Origin: Coniocarpon cinnabarinum
Taxonomy: Eukaryota
Assembly: GCA_051942205.1 (NCBI GenBank)
Contig: JAVECO010000161.1
Span: forward strand, 1 to 55,137
Reading direction: 5' to 3'
Length of the DNA: 55,137 nucleotides
Position numbers and translations under genes: made by a program. Of this stretch, positions 1-11,520 are shown piece by piece (position 1 is the stretch's first letter; every line of letters starts with the position of its first letter). The notes beneath the pieces were generated by a model. The model was given only the letters and a program-made list of their open reading frames with translations. It did not search any database and had not been told where the DNA came from.

Positions 1-885
1 GGAGAGGGAGGGAGTCACTGCCGCCACTACCCCTTCTCGCTGGAACTACTATCACTGTAGCGCTTTCTGGTTTGATACTACGGAGTATCATTGACTACAC
101 ACTAGCATTGTTTGTAGAGGCCAGGCTGCGTGGCGCGCCGTGTCCCGACTTTGTAGCCTACTACGCCGCACACGCGGAATTGCCCGAAATCCCTCTATGT
201 TGCGGCTCTTCACTACCAAATTCACTCAAGCCTCGCGCCTCAGGCATCTGACCTGGTGGTCGGTCTGAGTGGAGACTCGGCCTCGACCGAGGAGCTCTAT
301 TGATAAACACGACATGCCTACCCTGAGCATTCAGTGAGGCATGTATTGTTCGAAGTCTCATGGATAGCTGACTCAACATCAACCTTGACGTGACTATGCG
401 AGGTCACGATGACAGGTATGGTTTGAACACAGTGCAATGTACAAAGACCGGTCTCACGATGTTCTCCGACAAATAAAAGCTCGTTCAGAGAACAGACAAT
501 ACCAAAGGCTTGCCCTTGCAAAGTGGAGGAGTTACTATGCTTCGGAGCATCCCCCTGTGTACACCGTACGAGGTGACGCGCCACAATATGCAGGTACAGC
601 AAGGGACTGCTTGCGTTTGCCTCTTGTTGGACGCCCACCTCTGCTGCCATCACTCGGTCGGCCGTATTTTCGGGCAATTTCCTTATAGCATTTGCTGCTC
701 ATGCAAGATTCGCGATTCTGTTATCAGAGGATGGGCAAGATGCAGAAGTGCAACAGTCGCTGCTGTGCCGGCCTCCCGTGAGTAGCTCAAGCCCACCCGA
801 ATCACTAACACAAGCTGCATGCAATGTGACGCCGCTTAGCGAAGGACACATCATACACCCTTGGGAACTTAGCCATCCTTATCTT

Positions 886-2033
886 TCATACTTTACTCCT
901 CGTATCCTGAGGGATTTTGACAACGACTTTACCCCAAGTCTCCCTCGCGCCTAGTGCTTTGAGAGCGGCACCCACGCTCTCTAGCCCAATGAAGTCACGG
1001 TCCGTAAAACACGTGCTCTTGAACTGACCCTTTGCTATCAAATCATAGATACCGCGCCAAACAGTGTCGACTGTTGTGGGCTCCATCGTTGAGTACCTAA
1101 GCATTTGCATGATCAGCAGCTTGGCCTCAGAGAAGCAAGCATCTTGAAGCGAGGCACTCACATGCCCCAATGAATACCGATCACGCTGACGTTCTTCAGC
1201 AGAATGCGATTGACAGCGAGTTTCTCAATCTCGCCGCCAGCAAAGCCAACAACTAGTAATCGTCCATTCCATGCCGTACACTTCATACTGAGGGCCAGCA
1301 GCCCCACGGAGTCGTACACAATGTCGACGCCTCGACCGTCCGGGGTCAAGCCTCGTACCTGGTCTGGCCAGTCCTTCTGCCGGTAGTCGATCGCGTAATC
1401 AGCTCCGTACTTCCGCGCGATATCTAGCTTGTGCTTCGTGCCTGCTGTTGCAATGACCTTTGCGCCAAACGCCTTGGCGACCTGCACTGCTGCCAGACCT
1501 ACACCTCCGGCAGCAGCATGGATCAGGACATAGTCCCCTGCTATGATGCCCGCTCTATGAACGAGGGCACCATAGCTCGTCGGTGCCGTCACGAACAGGC
1601 CTGCTGCTTCGAAAAAGCTCCATTGCTCAGGGACCGACAACAGTCTCTCCTCGTTCACTGCGATCTGGTCGGCGAACGCGCCCTGCCCCGAGCCGAATAC
1701 TCGATCGCCAGCCTTGAACTTCGGCGTTCGATTGCCAGGCAACTCTGACGGTGCTTGCAACACGACACCGGCAAATTCAGCACCCGCTATCCACGGCAAG
1801 GGTGGTTGATGCTGGTATTTGCCCCGTATTTGGAGCAGATCAAAGAAGTTCGTAGCTGCTGCATGTATTTGAATGAGGTACTGATCCGGTTGCGGCGATG
1901 GTTCAGGCACTGACGCAATGCTCAATTCGTCGGGACCCTGGAAATGGTTAGCAGCAGCACTCGCAGCAACGCAGTGCGCAGGACGAAGATGGGCACACAC
2001 CTTGACATATTGCTTCACTTGAAGCGAGCGCAT
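886..2033 (-). CDS. Zeta-crystallin-like NADPH:quinone oxidoreductase (MDR superfamily), 3 exons
   Basis: Motifs 'AAATNFFDLLQIRGKYQ', 'PWIAGAEFAG' and Rossmann 'HAAAGGVGLAA'. GT-AG introns 2000..1938 and 1161..1097 join the two ORFs (…IHWG-M-YSTMEP…). C-terminus is SKV. Confidence 0.92.
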
Positions 2034-2554
2034 TTCCTATGATGTTCAGAATCTTCTCAACAGCACCGGACACTTGTACAATAATGCAATGCAATAAGAT
2101 TAAAGTCAAGCAGGAACAGTCTCGTCCTGCGTAAAAGGTGCAACACTTACATACCACTGGCTATCCATCTCAATTCCTTCGGCCGAGCCCAGGGACCTCG
2201 GCACATCTCAAGTCCGCGCAAAACCTTATCTGGCCATCACGGTGCACGGGACCTTTCCGCTTTTCAACTGTGGCTTGGCCTGCCCTGTGGCTTTGCAGGG
2301 CTCTGCAGATGTCATTAGTTGCCCTCAAAGACACGCTTGCTCTATTCCCTTCTGCTACCTTCTCTTCATAAGCACGATACCAACAGACAAGCACCTCTAA
2401 TTTCTCTGCTGCCTACAGTCTTGCGTAAGACTTCGATATTTGTACTTTACAGTCTGCCCCGAGTTTTCTTGCCACTGACGGTCGTTAAATTCCTCCACGT
2501 TTTCCGTCCGTCTTTCTCGCATTGAAAAAGCGACCCAGCAGGAACGGGCTCGCC

Positions 2555-4102
2555 ATGAGCGAGGAGACGTCAAGCAACGATGCCGGCCCCCAGATCACCT
2601 TCAACATCAAGTCCTCCTCAGATGCCCGCCACACCATCACCATCGCCGAAAATGTCACGGTCGCCGACCTCAAGCAGAAGCTCTCCTCCCAAGAATACGC
2701 CGATATTCCCGCCGATCGCCAGCGCCTCATATATTCCGGCCGCGTGATGAAGGATCCCGACACGCTTGCGAGCTACAAGATCAAGGATGGCAACACGGTG
2801 CACATGGTCAAGGGCGCGGCCAGTAATCAGCAGAGAAATCCAGAAACTGCGGGGCAGTCGACCTCACAGTCGCAGGTGCCGCCCAGTGCTGGCGTGCCGC
2901 AAAATCTGGCAACGGGCACCGGCGCAGATCCCTTAGCAGGTCTGACGGGTGCTCGATATGCCGGTTTCGCACAGATGCCCGGCGCCGGAATGTTTGGTCC
3001 TGACGGTGGCGTAAGTCGTGTGTTTTCAAGATATTGCCACCGTCACAGCAAGCTAACCGCATAGCAGATGGGTGCACCGCAAGGGCCCGAGGAGATGCTA
3101 AACATGCTTGAGAACCCCATGGTGCAGCAGCAATTCAACGAGGCCATGAACAATCCCCACATTATTCAGATGCTGCAAAATAATCCTATGATTCGCGACC
3201 AGCCCATGATGCGGGAGATGCTGAACAACCCAGAAATGCGCCGCATGCTGCTGGATCCACAGTTCATTCGCTCAAGCATGCGGATGGGTCGAATGATGGG
3301 CGGTGGACCGCGGGGCGCGCAGGGTGGGATGCCAGCGCCAGGTGTCACGGACATGACGCCGCAAAGTGGTGATCAGCAGCAGGGACAGCAGAACCAACAA
3401 AATCAAAATGCACAAAACCCACAATCACCGCCGAATCCGTTTGCTGGCATGCCTGGTATGGGAGGTGGCATGGGAGGAAATCCCTTTGCGATGCTCAGCG
3501 CAATGGGCAGCATGAACCCACAGACACAGCAACAACAATCCAGCCCTTCAAATCCCTCGCAACCGTCCAACAATACCAGCACATCTAATCAACCTTCCTC
3601 CGACTCATCCTCAAACCCCTCTCAACAGCAACAGAATCAACCGAATCCCTTCGCAGGTATGTTCGCACAAGGCCAACAGGGCCAACAGGGCCAATCAAAC
3701 CCCATCATGGACATGGCTTCCCAAATGATGCAAAATCCAGAGATGATGCGCATGGCCATGAACTCCATGGGCGGCATGGCGCCAGGCACGAACCCTTCAA
3801 ATCAACAATCCAACACGGATTCTCAGAATCCAGAGTCTGGCCAGAATACACAGCAACAACCAGCGTTTAATCCCTTCTCGATGCTCAGTGCTATGCAAGG
3901 CGGCGGTGGCGGAGGCATGGGAGGGATGGGCGCCTTCGGCCAGCAGCAAGATACGCGCCCACCTGAACAAGTATACGAGCAGCAACTCCGTCAACTGAAC
4001 GAAATGGGCTTGCATGATTTCGACCGCAACGTGCGTGCGTTACGGAGGAGTGGTGGAATAGTGGAGACGGCAATTGAGATGTTGTTCAGTGGACAAATAT
4101 GA
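2555..4102 (+). CDS. DSK2: Ubiquilin/Dsk2 UBL-STI1-UBA proteasome shuttle factor, 2 exons
   Basis: N-terminal UBL ('QRLIYSGRVMKD…TVHMVK'), Met/Gln/Asn-rich STI1 region, C-terminal UBA ('YEQQLRQLNEMGLHDFDRNVRALRRSGG'). Intron 3011..3067 (GTAAGT…CTAAC…CAG). Confidence 0.96.
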
Positions 4103-4640
4103 CCGGTATCATAGGTCCGATGTGAGCGCGGGGGTGACTGAGCAAAGGGTGTCAAGGTTGGTGCGATGTGCAGCCAACCGACCTGAGATGTGAAAACGGG
4201 GTGCCGGCATGTATGGCGTGTGGCGTGTGATGATCCTGCCAAATGAAAAGTGGAGGGAAATGCGACATTGTTGCCTTGCTTCATAGTGAATAGCATTTCG
4301 GCTGTTGAATATGAATGATGCTCGCTGTTCGGCGGCGGACATATCACTCGATGTACTTAAGCTGTCTATGAGCTTTCGACTTGATGCAATGATTTTTTGT
4401 GTAATAGTTGGGAGGCTTGCGAGAAGTGAGTGGTTGAAGCAGTAGTCTAGAAATGGATGTGCCGTCATAGAACGATATCGAGTAAGCGCGTTGATTGGTG
4501 GGAGAGGGGTTCGAGACGAAAAGAAAAGGGTTCGTTGCTGCATGATGGCATAGTGCTACAGCAGATTCCTATATACGATTACGTACTAAAGCGGAATCTG
4601 TAAAGGTCATTGAGAGCTTGAATAAAGTAATAGTAGGTTA

Positions 4641-4775
4641 CTCTGTGACGGCCACTCGTCGAACTAGTAGACCGAGTCTCTCAAAGCCGGGCGTTGTGTT
4701 GCAGTATGTTGCTCTGTGATGGCAACTCGTCGAGATAATAAACCGAGTCTCTCAAAGCTGGGCGTTATGTTGTAG
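4641..4775. repeat. Two-copy 71-bp-period tandem duplication between the DSK2 and NOC2 3' ends
   Basis: ctctgtgacggccactcgtcga…accgagtctctcaaagccgggcgttgtgttgcag (from 4641) versus ctctgtgatggcaactcgtcga…accgagtctctcaaagctgggcgttatgttgtag (from 4712). Confidence 0.85.
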
Positions 4776-4896
4776 GAAAAGATTATTACGACTGGTGTTG
4801 CAGGGCGGGGAGACTCGAAGCGAGGTGTTCTACTGGAAGGTGGCTGCTTCACATCGCAGATATAGCCAGAGTGGCCAGTAGAGTAAGGTTATCAAA

Positions 4897-7311
4897 CTAC
4901 TCACTTTCCATCTCCTCTTCCTCCTCGCTCATCCCATCTCCCTCCAACTCCGCCTCACCTTCCATTTCCTCCTCCACCTCATCTTCCTCCTCATCACCAT
5001 CATCATCCCCACCTCTTCCACCCCTCCCACGTCCCCTCTTCCTCGCCGCCTCCTCCGCCTTTCTGGCCTCCTCCAACATCTTCCTTCTCTCTTCCCGCAT
5101 CTTCCTCTGCCCCTCCACAAAAGCACCAATAGGCGTCTCCCTCCACACTAATTCCTTCTCAAATACCTCAACTTGACTCCGATCCTTCGGCGAAAACTCC
5201 ACCTTTCGTCGTCTTTCCTCGATATATCTTGAATTGGCGTCCAGTTTCGCGATCAATAACCTTACCGACGAATTGAGTTTTGAGTTCTTGTTGCCTTTCT
5301 CGTTTTTCCCACCACCACCACCACGGGGTTTGTGGTTTTTGTGGGATTTGTTGGGGCCACGTGGGGTGCTTAGGGTATTTTTAGGAATATAGGGCGAGAC
5401 GTCTTTGAGCCAGCGTTTGAGCATCACGACCACTGGTAGTGCCAGTTCAGGGAACGCGATACTCCTCGCCCAGACACCGAAGAATTCCGCGAACAGCTCG
5501 ACCAGCTGTTCACCGACACCATCTTGATACGTGCGCGTGCGGAGATAGCTCTTCGGCGCTCGTATGGCAGTTTCAAAATCCAGAGGCTTGACCGTGCTCG
5601 GTTTCGGCGGTTTGCGCATTTCGGCGCTGTTGAGGACTTCCCAGAGAGACGCACCGAGGGGGATGAAGGTATCGGTGGCTGCAGAAAGACGGAGGAGGGC
5701 ACGGGTGCAGTGGAAGCGCAGGGGAAAATACGCGGCTGTCGGAATGAGGCGGAGGGCGCCGAGGGTGACTTGTGTGAGGGGGTATATGAGAGGACGGAGA
5801 GGGGATTCGCGGCCTTGTGTTGCTTCGGTGAGGGAGTTGCAGTGCGTTGATAGGACGCGGGACCAGAAGTCAAGGGCGTGAACGTATTGCCAGTTATAGA
5901 CTTGTTTGTAGCTTTCGTTTGCGTTGTGTTTGATCGAGCTGCGGAGGTGGATTGCTAACGCACGAATCAGCGTGAACGCCGTGGTGTAGGAGACGTTGGC
6001 TGCGTCTTTGTCTTTCTCCTTGGAGCCGGTGGCGGCTGGCTGTGCCCAGAGATCGAGGGCGCTGTTTTTCATGAGGTTGATGGCGGCAAGGGTGTGGATG
6101 GTTGTACCGCGGGCGCCTTTGAGAAGACCTTGATATGCTGTCTTCAGCACGGTCTCCTTGATGCTGGCGTCGCCGTTTTTGTTGAGAGATTGGAGGATAA
6201 GAAAGGCGGTGATGCGGACTGCTTCGGTTTGGGCGGGGTCGGACCAAACGGCGACAGTGCTGCGGACTACGTCCCTGATGAGTTTCTTGAAGGAGAGAAT
6301 GTAGGGAATCAACGATAGCAGAGAGTTCAAGGCACTGCGTGTGGTGGCTGCGTCGGACAGATTTTGGATAAGGTGAAGTATGGCGGCGGTATGTGACTTG
6401 AAAAGTGTGGTGAGATTGCGGAATTGTTTCGAATCTGTGTGTACAGTCTCACGTCCATGCGAAAGCTGTCTCACAGGTATGTGATGGTTGAGAACTTGAG
6501 GCACTTGCGTTAAGGCGCACAACAACAGGTCATGATACGCGTTGGCGTCAGTGATGCTGTAGCGAAAGTTCTGTGAGTCTTCATCGTTCAGATGCGCAGC
6601 AGTGCGGAAGGCAAGGACAACGTCTCGCATAGCTCGCAGTGAGTGCTTCTCGTCGAGAGACTGTGACCATCGCTTGACTGTTGCCGTCGTGACTTCATTA
6701 CTCTCCTGTTTCGCCTTCTGGCCTTTATCTTTACTAGAACCAGCCTGGTCGTCTTCACTCAAATCTGCCACCTCATCTAAGGCTGGACCGCCCTCGACAT
6801 CGAGCAATTCAGGGTCATTCTCCTTGAGATACTTGTAGAACTCGGGGTCCTTTTTTGACAATGCATCTAGTTCCTTCATATGCGTTTTCAGCTCGTCTGC
6901 CTCTTCAGCGTCGGTGTCACTGCTCCCGTCTGCTTCGGCACGCTGTTCAACAGATTCGACAGAGCCGTTTTCGTCATCCTCCTCGTCTTCGGGGTCTGCT
7001 CGCTTTCTTTTGCCGGGGCGCGCGACGGTCTTACTATTGCTAATTGGCTTTGCAGCTTTGAATCCCCCTGCAAATAGTTCGTCCACGCTCATATTTTCGA
7101 ACACCCGCTCGTTTGGCGCCTCTCCACTAGCAGCGTTTCCTTGCTCCTGCGGACGCTCCCCATCTTGCGCATTGTCATTGGCTTCACGGCGAGCTTTCTT
7201 TTTCGCTTGAAGCTGGTGCCGTTGTTTGACTTTCTTGGTCTCATTACGTCTTTTGAGTGTATCTTGGAGATGACGCTTCTCGAACTTCTTTGTCGCCTTG
7301 GTCTGAGCCAT
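4897..7311 (-). CDS. NOC2: Nucleolar complex protein 2 (60S biogenesis)
   Basis: 804-aa ORF with Noc2 hallmarks: 'KDPEFYKYLKENDPELL', 'YKQVYNWQYVHALDFWSRVL', 'LRPLIYPLTQV', 'YFPLRFH', 'SIAFPEL'. Confidence 0.97.
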   Translation of the reverse strand: MAQTKATKKFEKRHLQDTLKRRNETKKVKQRHQLQAKKKARREANDNAQDGERPQEQGNAASGEAPNERVFENMSVDELFAGGFKAAKPISNSKTVARPGKRKRADPEDEEDDENGSVESVEQRAEADGSSDTDAEEADELKTHMKELDALSKKDPEFYKYLKENDPELLDVEGGPALDEVADLSEDDQAGSSKDKGQKAKQESNEVTTATVKRWSQSLDEKHSLRAMRDVVLAFRTAAHLNDEDSQNFRYSITDANAYHDLLLCALTQVPQVLNHHIPVRQLSHGRETVHTDSKQFRNLTTLFKSHTAAILHLIQNLSDAATTRSALNSLLSLIPYILSFKKLIRDVVRSTVAVWSDPAQTEAVRITAFLILQSLNKNGDASIKETVLKTAYQGLLKGARGTTIHTLAAINLMKNSALDLWAQPAATGSKEKDKDAANVSYTTAFTLIRALAIHLRSSIKHNANESYKQVYNWQYVHALDFWSRVLSTHCNSLTEATQGRESPLRPLIYPLTQVTLGALRLIPTAAYFPLRFHCTRALLRLSAATDTFIPLGASLWEVLNSAEMRKPPKPSTVKPLDFETAIRAPKSYLRTRTYQDGVGEQLVELFAEFFGVWARSIAFPELALPVVVMLKRWLKDVSPYIPKNTLSTPRGPNKSHKNHKPRGGGGGKNEKGNKNSKLNSSVRLLIAKLDANSRYIEERRRKVEFSPKDRSQVEVFEKELVWRETPIGAFVEGQRKMREERRKMLEEARKAEEAARKRGRGRGGRGGDDDGDEEEDEVEEEMEGEAELEGDGMSEEEEEMESE

Positions 7312-7963
7312 TTTGAAAAAGCTCGTGTCGGCTCTTGACTGGTCGGGCTACGTGTGTCTTCAAGGTAATTTTCGATGCCAAGATTTCGCTCACTAGCTCG
7401 GCGCGCAACATGTTTCCAGAAGAGGTAGAAGTATCTATACACATATTATAGTAAGGCAGAAATAGCCTAAAATCAGGCCAACAATGCTCAGGGATTTCCT
7501 GATGACACTAATCGCGAGGGGGCTCAAATGCCGTGAAAACACCATCTTACTAGGCCCACGCAGCTTGCGAAGTTGGTCATTTCTGCGATGACTTCTGCAT
7601 GGATTCAGTATATTATCAATATCGCGAGTCAAGCCCATGTCACCATGTTGCTTCGTGGCTTAAGGGTTTCCTGTGGGAATTGTCCAACTGCAACCTAACA
7701 GTTCTCCTGAGGCCCGCGCAATGTTCGCTTGAAGCTAGCGCTGAGATCACAATGTCATTGCTCAAAGCCGAAATTTTACTTGTAGCAGATGCCAACATGA
7801 TGGGCCAGATTGTGACCATCCCGAGGCGCGGCCCCCGAAAATTGTTGAGACGAATGGTTCGTGGCGTTTCGTTAGTTTCGGGGCTTCTGCTGCCCCTGGG
7901 TGGTATAGGCGAGACTGTCCGGCAGCTATCTAGTAGGCTCCAGGCATACTCATGCCCTGCTTG

Positions 7964-7970
7964 TATAAAA
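7964..7970 (+). promoter_or_regulatory. TATA box upstream of secreted protein 1
   Basis: TATAAAA 130 nt upstream of the ATG at 8094. Confidence 0.5.
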
Positions 7971-8093
7971 CGATCGAAAAATCTCAGCAGCAGGTGTTAA
8001 CTTGTCTTGTGCCGTGTTCAGCAACCCCAGATTTTGTGAAGCATCTCCTGTCAGCACCCATTCAATCATCATCTAGCCCCTGGTTACCTCGTC

Positions 8094-8753
8094 ATGAAGT
8101 TACTCAACGTTATCGCTCTTACCATTGTAAGCGCTGCGTCTGCGGCTCCGACGACTTGCGATGTCCCTAGCTCTTTCAAGTTGGCTGCACAGCCATTGGA
8201 TAACACCTCTGACAAGACTTTCTACGGTCCATACGAGTGAGCATCAATTCCGAAAGGAAAAGATCAGTGGGCGATGATGTTGTTTTGCTAACTTGTGAAA
8301 TCAGTAACGCCGGCACATATCCATACCAGTTCCTCTTCGCGCCTGACAGCGGCTCTACGTTCAGCTACGACAGCAGCAGCGGTCGCCTGACAGCTCTGGT
8401 CAAGGATACCTCCGCGCCAGCTGTTCTATACTCTTCAATTATACCTGTCGCAGGTCACATCCTCCAGCTCAATGACACCCCGACCGATGCCGCCGGTCAC
8501 TTGGGATTTCAATGCGATTCGGCTGGCAACAAGTATCTTGTCGATCTTGATGCCGACAATAACTCTCTCGCTCCTTGGCTGAAGTGCCAGATCCCTGGGT
8601 GAGTGGAGATTCTGTTGCGCACGTGTGCACGTCAGGCCAGCGCTGACTTAGCAACGCAGCTGGACGACGAGCTTGACTGAGATCGTCTACAATCCCGACA
8701 GTACCCTTTTCGAGAATGAGCAGTGCCAGAGAGTGGGACTTGCAGCGGTATGA
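8094..8753 (+). CDS. Small secreted protein 1 (~176 aa, 4 Cys), 3 exons
   Basis: Signal-peptide-like start MKLLNVIALTIVSAASAAP. Introns 8237..8304 and 8599..8659 have GTGAG donors, CTAAC/CTGAC branch sites and CAG acceptors, and give a continuous frame ending 'EQCQRVGLAAV*'. Confidence 0.85.
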
Positions 8754-9934
8754 AGCAGCAGCTATGACTCGAAGACAATGGCAGCACTTGCATCACATGG
8801 CTAGTGATTGACTTCTCTACTTCGCCGCCTGTAAAATAGTTATCCCAATTATTCAGTCAACGCGGAGGTTGTCAGAAGGGAATGACGCCCCTTGAGCTGA
8901 TTCGAAAAAGTGTCATTCGGCTGGCTCGGCAGACGCGGTGATAGTCAGCAGAATTGTGAAAGTGGATGAGGAAACAATTATGGGGTCGGGCTAATTAATC
9001 GGAGCGCACGCAATTGATACAGAGAATCAATGACTCGAACGCGCTGCTCTCTGAGTTGACAGGAACCTCAGTTCGGCGTTGGAGTGGTCCAATGAGGACG
9101 CATATTTGGCGGTGTTACGTATTCATGAAGAGGGCTGTTAGCAGAGCTATAGCAACGTGACCAGGTGTATATTGTTCTCGGTCGGGTTATTGTGACATGA
9201 GCGAGTCAGAGCCAACACTGCCACGTGATTGTATGCCGTGTGGACGATGACAGAGTGCTGACACTTCTTTGAACGCGTAGCTATCACGCTCTCCTACCCT
9301 ACCCACTCATCTAACTTCGGAGAATCGGTGAATGCCTTGGTTTTCCTGCGGAGCATACGAGAGATGAATGGATTCCAAAGCCCGACGAACATGTAACCCC
9401 GTATCTGTCAAAGACTGTGCATGTTCGTAAGCTAAATCCTTCGTCCGGTCCAAAATTAGCAAGCTGCTCGACTAACCCGGACGCGGTTCGTGCTCAATAA
9501 CTCTCCACAACTCTCATATCCAATTCTGCGCACCAATCTCTTTCCATCCGGTCAGAATTTGGAACGCCATGGCCCAATGCGGCTCAGGTAGGCGTGGGCT
9601 TACGGTTATCCTTCATTGACCCCGCCCACGGGTGATATCTCTGGACCCATTGACAGGCCGGCTCTAGCGGATCTCCTCTTTCTCGTAGCCATGTAAGCTG
9701 ATCTAACTTTCTGTAGCTGGCTTCCGCGTTAGTTTTGTCAGGTGCACTGCCATGACGTGCCTGCAGCATGGCAACGCTTGGAGAACCGGACAGTGCATAC
9801 CAAAAGTCAAGTTATAAGAAGATGCTCGACGCCTTTCCCTGTAATTGATTTTCAGACAAGGCAATTAAACAGACCCCAACTCAGTATCTCAAACCTTTCC
9901 ATGTTTCATTTCATCGCCCATCATCAGCAGCAAG

Positions 9935-10642
9935 ATGTACAAAACAGCCGCCCTTCTTTCCCTTGCTTCCTTCGCGTTCGGCGCTCCCGCTCCGCAGGGA
10001 ACAACTCTCTGCAACCCCATCGCCCTTCCCTTCCCAGACACCCAATTCCAACTCGCAGCCTACAACCCAGTCACCCAGAGTGTCACCGGTCTCGCCATCA
10101 CCGAGGTCTCCCGCGGCGCCAAGATCCTCGTTGCTTCTTTGAGCGGAGGTCTCGCCGACGCGTCGTCATTCACCTATGAAGCCGATAGCCAGCATATCTG
10201 TGCCACGGGCTTCGGCTGCGACGATGACTCCCTCAACAACCCGTTGCTGTTCGGGTCGCCTGCGCCGGAACCGGTGCCAGTTAGTGGTGGCGTCACACTG
10301 AAGGCGGGTGATGGGTGTTTCCATACGCCTAACCAGCAGCCGCTGTTTGTGGTTGGCGGCGCGTGCGGAGACGGTGCTGGGACCAGCGCTGCAAATGACT
10401 GGTGAGTGACTGCCCGAATAACATCGGAGCAAGCCTTGGATATCTGCAGTGGCTGTGTATACTCGTTATGCTGTCCGCCATGCTCATCCTCGTTGCCCTT
10501 CAGATCGTCGTTGCTAATAGTAACATACAGGGCCGGATGGGTATTCTGCGGACGCACCAAGGGCATCTACTGGAACGGCGGTGCCCCTCCAGATGCAGGC
10601 TGCGAGGAGGTCAGCCTTCAAGTTTTCAACCTGCCTGCCTAG
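9935..10642 (+). CDS. Small secreted protein 2 (~192 aa, 7 Cys), 2 exons
   Basis: Signal-peptide-like start MYKTAALLSLASFAFGAP. Intron 10402..10530 (GTGAGT…CTAAT…CAG) joins to 'AGWVFCGRTKGIYWNGG…GCEEVSLQVFNLPA*'. Confidence 0.88.
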
Positions 10643-11520
10643 AGCTTTGGCATCATCAATGTCACAAAAATAGTTTGCATCACCGCGATGCGATACGATT
10701 ACTTTACTTGCTATTCTTATGGCACAGCTCGTTGAGTTGCAACGGGCCGGGATTGCCGCATTGCTTTCCATACTACTCAATGACTCTTGAGCGCGTTTCC
10801 TCCTTGTGCATAGTAAAGGGAAGATCTGCCAAAGGATCATCTTTAGGCTGCTATGGTAATGCGTGCGAGCTTAAGTAAATGCAGAGAACCTTTCGACATG
10901 GCATCATTTTACCTTGCTGCTCATTAGCATAACTAGGTTGCAGCCAGAAGCCCCTGGATCTTTGTGTACCTGCACATTTAGAAAGTTGAAGGGGCTTTAT
11001 TGTTCCACATTGCGCTAGATTTGAAAGAGTGTACAGGTGCTCGAGCGTGGCAACGCTTCTGGACAGCAAGTGACGCATTTGTTTCTTTCTTAAGAATGCA
11101 AGCAATTGCCTCACGTACCTCAATTGCGCGCGGGCTACAGTCAAATGTTGACTTGCTGTTTGCTGATACGAAGTCTCACGGCCCCTTAGCTTTTAAATGA
11201 AATAAAGTGGCTTACTATTGTGTTCAATAGACCTCAGTATGCATCTCTATCTGCCACGAAACCACTAAGTCGCTCTTGACCGCTTCTCTATCGATGGGCT
11301 GCATTCGCTGAAGTCTCGCAACCCATTTTTTCTTCACAATAGCAACACCGATGCCTCTCTTGAGGATGCGACGCTAATCTTTTCATCGCTTTCAACCTCT
11401 ATTAACGCAACGCTGCCCAAGAGCTCACCCGCTAAACGCCTAGAAAGCTCAAGATCACTTTTCCATCGTCCCAACAAGGCGTTGCTCCGCCATAATCTCA
11501 GCCCATGCATCAGCGGTTCT

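Noticed and set aside
1..800. Short overlapping ORFs on both strands (e.g. 437..688 +, 318..677 -)
   Set aside because: No recognisable motif and no consistent exon chain could be built.
3340..3940. Q/N/M-rich low-complexity repeats with NPF motifs
   Set aside because: Normal feature of the Dsk2/ubiquilin linker.
4900..5120. Long CT-rich tract and the Ser-rich + strand ORF 4871..5176
   Set aside because: Antisense shadow of the Glu/Arg-rich NOC2 C-terminus.
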